Assembly (NCBI GenBank): GCA_031276855.1
Contig: JAISMH010000015.1
Location: 1 to 19,757 of the forward strand
Direction: 5' to 3'
Length of the DNA stretch: 19,757 nt
Origin: Synergistaceae bacterium
GTDB lineage: Bacteria; Synergistota; Synergistia; Synergistales; Aminobacteriaceae
A program made the translations under genes and the position numbers. The notes under the pieces are model-generated. The model had not been told where the DNA came from. It saw only the letters and a program-made list of their open reading frames with translations, and searched no databases. Below, one piece after another: positions 15,007-19,757 of the stretch (within the stretch, counting starts at the first letter, position 1; every line of letters starts with the position of its first letter).

Positions 15007-16995
15007 ATGAGCGCTTTCGGGATTCGGGAACAGATTTTTCAGAACAACCCCTTTTTTTCCGGCATCGCCTCCGACCCTTGGGACAACACGGACCCCGACG
15101 TCCCCTCCCTGAACGAGGAAGCCTGCCGGCACCTCTGCGGGCTGGTTCTCGCCAAGAGCCGGAACCCCTGCGCGGCCTCGGCCGGGCTGATTCTGGGCGA
15201 GGCGGGGATGGGCAAGACGCACCTCCTGAAGCGCCTTCTGCGCTACGTTCGGAAGGAAGGCATCGCGGCGCTCTTCGCGTCCATCACTCCCCTGCCGGAC
15301 CCCGGCAGTCCCATGCGGCACCTCCTGCGGGAGATCGCCCTCGACCTGTCGGGCAGAGGGATCTACGAAGACAGGCGGACGAAGCCCCTGACGCGGCGGA
15401 GCGTCACCCAGTTCGACTATTTGCTCGACAAGGCCGCGGCGGCCTGCCGGAAGGACGAGGAGGACTCGAAACCGCGGACGGGCATTCTCCGCTTCCTGAG
15501 CGACCGCTTCCTGAGCGACCGCTTTCCAGGCGCCCGCCTTCCGGGCGCCCGCTTGCGGAGCGGCGCCGCGCTTCTTCGGGAGCGGTGCCGGGGTATTCAC
15601 CCCCGCCTGCTCGGGGCCGTGTTCGGCCGCTCCGACCCCCGCCAGCGGGAGGCCGTTCTGGAGTGGCTCGAAAACGGCGCCCGGGCGGAAGGGGAAGAGG
15701 AGGCGCGGAGGGTTCTCGTGTCCCTGGGAATGCTTCTGGAATACTGCGGAATGTCGCTGATCGTCTGCTTCGACCAGCTGGACGGGATGAGGGACGACGC
15801 CCTGATCACGGCGTTCGGGGACACCGTCCATTTTCTGGTGAACGACGTGAAGGGGATGCTGCCTCTGGCGTTCGTTCGGATGAACACGTGGAGCGACCGT
15901 TTTTCACGGCTCGATCCGGCCGTGACGCAGCGGCTTTCCGGGAACGAGATGTTCCTCTACGCCTGCACGCTGGAGCAGGCGCGGGAGCTCATCCGGGTCC
16001 GGCTCGAATCCCGCTTCAAGGGCGATACCGAGGAAAAGTTTCAATGGCTGATGGAGCGGCTGGAGGGGAAGCTGAAAGCGGGGTATTCTCCGCGCGCCGT
16101 GATCGAACTGGCCAACCGCGAAATCGTGCGCGAAAGAGAACCCGAAAAGGAGCCCCTTGAAAAAGACCCAATCGAAAGGGAACTCGCCGAATTGGCATCC
16201 CTCGGCGGAGAACCGCGCGGCGGCGAGCCGCGCAGCGAAGAACCCGCCGGAGAACCCTTTAATGTCTCGAATTCCTTCGATGTCTCGAATGCCTTTAATA
16301 TCCCGAATGCCTTCGATACCCTCGATTTAGTCGAGCCTTCCGATACCTCTTCGGCCGGCCCTTCTTTGACTGGCTCTTCTTTAACTGAAGACGGGCCGGG
16401 GGCGATTCTGGAAGTCTTCGCGGACGAATACCGCAAAGCGCGCAAAAAGGCGGACGCCGGCGTCAGGCGTTCCCCCGATCCCGAAAGCCTTGTCCGCGCC
16501 CTCGAAACCTGCCTGCTCTCCCGCGCGGACTTCACAGACGTCCGCCGCACGGAGGACGGCTACATCGCCCTGACGGCGCGGCGCGAGGGAGGCGGGGCCT
16601 GCGCCTTCATCGTCAGCACGCAAGAAAACCACCGCGCGGTCCAGACGGCGCTGGCGCGCGGGGTCTCCTTCCTGTGGGATCACCCCGACGGGGAATGCTT
16701 CTGCGTCGCCGCCGGGCGCCAGGATTTCAGACTCCGCAAAAATTGGCCGAGCGTGCAGAAAGAGCTGCAAAAATTTCTGGAGGCAAAGGGCACCGTCTTC
16801 TATTTGAACCGCAGACAGGCCGCGGCCTGGTACGCTCTGGCGGCCCTCCGCCTCGAGGTGGACAGGGGAAACATCCGGCTGCCCGCTCCCGACGGAAAAC
16901 AGCGCGCGGCCCAAATAGAGGACCTCGCGCTGTTCCTGAGACAGAGTTCTGAAAAAGACCTGCCGGAGTGGTGGGATGCGAAAAATGGATTGTGA
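15007..16995 (+). CDS. Large P-loop NTPase (AAA_16/STAND-like) with an uncharacterised C-terminal domain of about 250 aa and internal in-frame tandem repeats.
   Basis: Walker A LILGEAGMGKTHLLKRLL and Walker B-like LIVCFDQLDGMRDD. GGAG SD 6 nt upstream of ATG 15007. The track start is TTG 14977. Confidence 0.7.
   Translation: MSAFGIREQIFQNNPFFSGIASDPWDNTDPDVPSLNEEACRHLCGLVLAKSRNPCAASAGLILGEAGMGKTHLLKRLLRYVRKEGIAALFASITPLPDPGSPMRHLLREIALDLSGRGIYEDRRTKPLTRRSVTQFDYLLDKAAAACRKDEEDSKPRTGILRFLSDRFLSDRFPGARLPGARLRSGAALLRERCRGIHPRLLGAVFGRSDPRQREAVLEWLENGARAEGEEEARRVLVSLGMLLEYCGMSLIVCFDQLDGMRDDALITAFGDTVHFLVNDVKGMLPLAFVRMNTWSDRFSRLDPAVTQRLSGNEMFLYACTLEQARELIRVRLESRFKGDTEEKFQWLMERLEGKLKAGYSPRAVIELANREIVREREPEKEPLEKDPIERELAELASLGGEPRGGEPRSEEPAGEPFNVSNSFDVSNAFNIPNAFDTLDLVEPSDTSSAGPSLTGSSLTEDGPGAILEVFADEYRKARKKADAGVRRSPDPESLVRALETCLLSRADFTDVRRTEDGYIALTARREGGGACAFIVSTQENHRAVQTALARGVSFLWDHPDGECFCVAAGRQDFRLRKNWPSVQKELQKFLEAKGTVFYLNRRQAAAWYALAALRLEVDRGNIRLPAPDGKQRAAQIEDLALFLRQSSEKDLPEWWDAKNGL
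15490..15555 (+). repeat. In-frame 15-bp tandem duplications inside the NTPase gene (CGCTTCCTGAGCGAC x2 perfect, then CCRGGCGCCCGCYTK x2), encoding FLSDR-FLSDR-FPGARL-PGARL.
   Basis: Read directly. Confidence 0.9.
16201..16320 (+). repeat. In-frame block of 15-bp periodic repeats in the NTPase gene, encoding GEPRG-GEPRS-EEPAG and FNVSN-SFDVSN-AFNIPN-AFD.
   Basis: Read directly. Low-complexity linker between the NTPase domain and the C-terminal domain. Confidence 0.8.
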
Positions 16996-17018
16996 TTTAT
17001 AATTTATTATTTTATAAT

Positions 17019-17804
17019 CTACGGTTTGCGGAGCGCGTTTTCGACGAAGGGCTTCAGGAGGTCGATGGGGATGGGGAAGAAGGTGGTGGAGTTCCGCTCC
17101 CCCGCGATTTCGCGTATGGTCTGCAGGTAGCGCAGCTGCAGCGTCACGGGCGAGATCTCCATCTGCTGCGCGGCCTCGGACAGCTTGGCCGCGGCCTGCA
17201 GTTCGCCCTCGGCGGCGATGATCTTGGCGCGGCGCTCGCGCTCGGCCTCCGCCTGACGCGCCATGGCGCGCTTCATGCCCTCGGGGAGCTCCAGTTCTTT
17301 CACCTCGACGGCGCTGACCTTGATTCCCCACGGGTCGGTGCGTTCGTCGATGATCTTCTGCAGTTCGTGGTTGATTTTTTCGCGGGAGGACAGAACCTCG
17401 TCCAGCTCGACGGAGCCGACGACGGAGCGCAGGGTCGTCTGGGCCAGCTGGCTCGTGGCCTGAACGTAGTTCTCGACCTCCACGACGGAGTGCGACGGGT
17501 CCAGCACCCGGAAGTACACGACGGCGTTGACCTTGATGGGCACGTTGTCCTTCGTGATGACCTCCTGGACGGGGACGTCCATCGTCAAAATGCGGAGGTC
17601 GACGGTGACCACGCGGTCGATGACGGGAATGACGAACACGATGCCCGGCCCGCGGCTCCCGGCCAGGCGCCCCAGGCGGAAGATGACGACCCGCCTGTAC
17701 TCCGGTACGATTTTGACGGCGGAAGAAAACAGCAGCACCGCGATGAGCAAAACCCCAAACCAACTGCCGATGTTCGACAGTATCCCAAAGACGTCGACGA
17801 CCAT
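17019..17804 (-). CDS. SPFH/band-7 protein, stomatin-like (261 aa) with an N-terminal TM anchor.
   Basis: Minus-strand translation …[72 protein letters not shown]…[35 protein letters not shown] is canonical prokaryotic stomatin. ATG at 17802-17804 (complement) with a GGAGAG SD. The track merges it into a 638-aa ORF because of an open GC-rich frame upstream. Confidence 0.88.
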   Translation of the reverse strand: MVVDVFGILSNIGSWFGVLLIAVLLFSSAVKIVPEYRRVVIFRLGRLAGSRGPGIVFVIPVIDRVVTVDLRILTMDVPVQEVITKDNVPIKVNAVVYFRVLDPSHSVVEVENYVQATSQLAQTTLRSVVGSVELDEVLSSREKINHELQKIIDERTDPWGIKVSAVEVKELELPEGMKRAMARQAEAERERRAKIIAAEGELQAAAKLSEAAQQMEISPVTLQLRYLQTIREIAGERNSTTFFPIPIDLLKPFVENALRKP

Positions 17805-17816
17805 ATCCGAATCTCT

Positions 17817-17854
17817 CCTCTCATAATGACGGGCGCCTCTCATAATGACGGGGG
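17817..17854. repeat. 19-bp tandem duplication CCTCTCATAATGACGGGSG x2, immediately upstream (minus-strand sense) of the SPFH start codon. Each minus-strand copy contains CATTATGAGAGG.
   Basis: Copies at 17817-17835 and 17836-17854 with one mismatch. Confidence 0.9.
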
Positions 17855-17917
17855 CTTCCCGTACCCATGCGATTATACCCCATTCCCGCACCCTGTTCCC
17901 GACACCGCGCCCGCCGG

Positions 17918-19084
17918 TCACTGCGTCGGGCCGATGCGGTTGACGGCGAAGCTGGCGTAGCCGAGGTCCTCGCTTTTCGTGGATTTTCCGTCCGCGACGC
18001 GCAGCATTTCGGCGAAGAGCTCCCCGCCGAGCTCGGCGATCGTCTTCGTTCCCGTGACGATCGGGCCGGCGTCGATGTCCATGTTGTCGCGCATCCGCTC
18101 GAACGTCGGGGTGTTGGAGCAGATTTTGATCACCGGGGCGATGGGGCAGCCGGTGCAGGTTCCGCGCCCGGTGGTGAAGAAGATCACCTGAGCGCCGCCC
18201 GCCGCCATGCCCGTGATGGACTCGATGTCGTGCCCCGGCGTGTCCATGACGACCAGTCCGCGCCGGGTGGGGCGTTCCGCGTAGTCGAGGACCTCCACCA
18301 GGGGGGCGTCCTGTCCGGCCTTGCTGATGCAGCCCAGAGACTTTTCCTCCAGCGTCGAGATTCCGCCCTGCCGGTTGCCCGGCGTGGGGTTGGCCAGCCG
18401 GATGTCCACGCCGCCGGAAAGCGCGCCCTCCTCCGCCCTCCGAACAATGAAAAACAGGCGCTCCGCTATATCGGGACGCTCCGCCCGCTCGGCCAGAAGG
18501 TGCTCCGCGCCGATCATCTCCTGCGTTTCCGACAGAATGGACGTGCCGCCTTCCCGGATCAGGCGGTCGGAGGCGCCGCCCGCGGCGGGGTTCGCCGAGA
18601 TGCCGGACCACGCGTCGGATCCCCCGCACTCGAGCCCCAGAGTCAGAGCGGAAAGAGGGTGTTCGCCGCGGCGCATGACGGACATCTCCGCCAGCATCCC
18701 GCGCCCGATTCGGACGCCTCTGGTGATGGTGTCGAGGGTCCCGTTCCCGTCCTGAATGGTCAGGCAGGCGACGGGCTTGCCGGGCGACATCGCCTCGATA
18801 TCGCGGGCGACATCCCGCGCCTGGACCGTCTCGCACCCCAGCCCCACCACGATACAGGCCGCCACGTTCGGGTTCGCCCCGAACCCCGCCAGGGTCCGCC
18901 TCGTCTGGGCGGCGTCGGCGGGAAGCTGCGCGCACCCGTGCTGGTGCGTGACGCAGACGGCCCCGTTCAGCTGCAAAGCGATGCGCATGGCCGTGTCGTT
19001 GGCGCAGACCACGGACGGCAGGACCAGAAGATGATTCCGAACCCCGACGCTGCCGTCCGGCCTCGCGTATCCCATGAAGTTCAT
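17918..19084 (-). CDS. UxaA-family dehydratase large subunit (altronate/D-galactarate dehydratase-like C-terminal domains), 388 aa.
   Basis: [29 protein letters not shown]…[20 protein letters not shown]…[47 protein letters not shown] is a hallmark of UxaA/GarD-family hydrolyases. The start overlaps the upstream gene's stop (ATGA). Confidence 0.85.
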   Translation of the reverse strand: MNFMGYARPDGSVGVRNHLLVLPSVVCANDTAMRIALQLNGAVCVTHQHGCAQLPADAAQTRRTLAGFGANPNVAACIVVGLGCETVQARDVARDIEAMSPGKPVACLTIQDGNGTLDTITRGVRIGRGMLAEMSVMRRGEHPLSALTLGLECGGSDAWSGISANPAAGGASDRLIREGGTSILSETQEMIGAEHLLAERAERPDIAERLFFIVRRAEEGALSGGVDIRLANPTPGNRQGGISTLEEKSLGCISKAGQDAPLVEVLDYAERPTRRGLVVMDTPGHDIESITGMAAGGAQVIFFTTGRGTCTGCPIAPVIKICSNTPTFERMRDNMDIDAGPIVTGTKTIAELGGELFAEMLRVADGKSTKSEDLGYASFAVNRIGPTQ

Positions 19085-19407
19085 TGCCGGTCCCCCCTGC
19101 CTCTCAGGCCCTCGAGATTGTGAATATGGACGTGCGCGCCTTTCGGGATGTACTCCGACGCGGCGCCGATCACCGAACCGTATTTCAGGACGTTCTCCCC
19201 CCTGCGAAAATCGCGCAGCGCGATCTTGTGCCCCGCGGGAACGGCCGTGACGGCCGTCAGCTCCAGCGGAGGCCCGTTTTCTCTCCGCGCCGCGATCCGC
19301 TCCCCCGCCGCCACATCGCGAATCACGACGGCAACGTCGTCCTTCGCCGCGACGCAATGCGCGTCCGCCTTCTCCATTTTTTTCATTCGCTCCATTTGCT
19401 CCATCAC
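19081..19407 (-). CDS. SAF-domain protein, the small subunit of the split UxaA-family dehydratase.
   Basis: …[21 protein letters not shown]…[45 protein letters not shown] matches the SAF/UxaA N-terminal domain. Several in-frame ATGs (M1, M2, M5, M8, M11) make the start uncertain. Confidence 0.75.
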   Translation of the reverse strand: MMEQMERMKKMEKADAHCVAAKDDVAVVIRDVAAGERIAARRENGPPLELTAVTAVPAGHKIALRDFRRGENVLKYGSVIGAASEYIPKGAHVHIHNLEGLRGRGDRQ

Positions 19408-19442
19408 CTTTGCGTTGTGATAGCCGTGCGTTGTCTGCGTTT

Positions 19443-19451
19443 ATTATAGCA
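19443..19451 (-). promoter_or_regulatory. Extended -10 promoter candidate (minus strand TGCTATAAT) upstream of the SAF/UxaA operon.
   Basis: Plus strand ATTATAGCA, which is TGCTATAAT on the minus strand, lies about 36 nt upstream of the first ATG at 19407. Confidence 0.3.
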
Positions 19452-19757
19452 ACACTCCGACCGTAATGAGACAATGTATCCGTTTAAGCCCCTCCTTGCT
19501 GAAAAAGCGTCGAACAGGAGATCAGGATAGAGGCGGAGCAGGAACCCCTTCCCCCGGACATTATCACAGACGAGCGACACAATTCCTCCCCAAAGGCTTG
19601 CGCAAATCCGCTTGAATGATGTACAATTCAAACTAGAAAAAGATTTTACAGGGGGGGTGTGCAGAGAAGTATACCCTCCTGCATATCCTTTTTTTACGCA
19701 TCACCCTTTCGCAGAATCCAGTCATTGCAAGGCTCCTTTCGAACGTCCGACGCTGTG

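Noticed and set aside
17019-18935. Single 638-aa minus-strand ORF spanning the SPFH gene and most of the UxaA large-subunit region.
   Set aside because: Only the C-terminal 261 aa, from the Met at 17802-17804, are stomatin. The upstream 377 aa are an out-of-frame read-through across the dehydratase gene, which is encoded in a different frame (17918..19084).

Overview
The window is high-GC bacterial DNA (about 60-65% GC) built around a long same-strand flagellar/chemotaxis operon segment whose gene order matches the Firmicute/Spirochaete/Thermotogae/Synergistetes-type 'flgE operon'. The order is flgE-flbD-motA-motB-fliL-fliM-fliY(fliN)-cheY-fliO-fliP-fliQ-fliR-flhB, spanning 1656-12631. The expected next gene, flhA, is absent from every frame. 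After flhB come a secreted periplasmic-binding-protein-like gene, a hypothetical protein with two possible winged-helix-like halves, and a large P-loop (AAA_16/STAND-like) NTPase carrying in-frame 15-bp tandem repeats and an unassigned C-terminal domain. Convergent to these on the minus strand are a stomatin-type SPFH protein and a split UxaA-family dehydratase (SAF small subunit plus large subunit). A 5'-truncated non-flagellar ORF with a lysine/glutamate-rich alpha-helical look sits upstream of flgE, separated from it by a 547-bp lower-GC spacer. What stands out is that nearly every intergenic junction of the flagellar operon carries an AT-rich or tandem-repeat element: a perfect 20-bp all-A/T palindrome, direct repeats, a 7-unit 20-bp-period array, and 15/18/19-bp tandem duplications that contain start codons. 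The central surface domain of FlgE also has markedly lower GC and different codon usage than the rest of the gene. Long antisense ORFs in the six-frame track are treated as high-GC artefacts.
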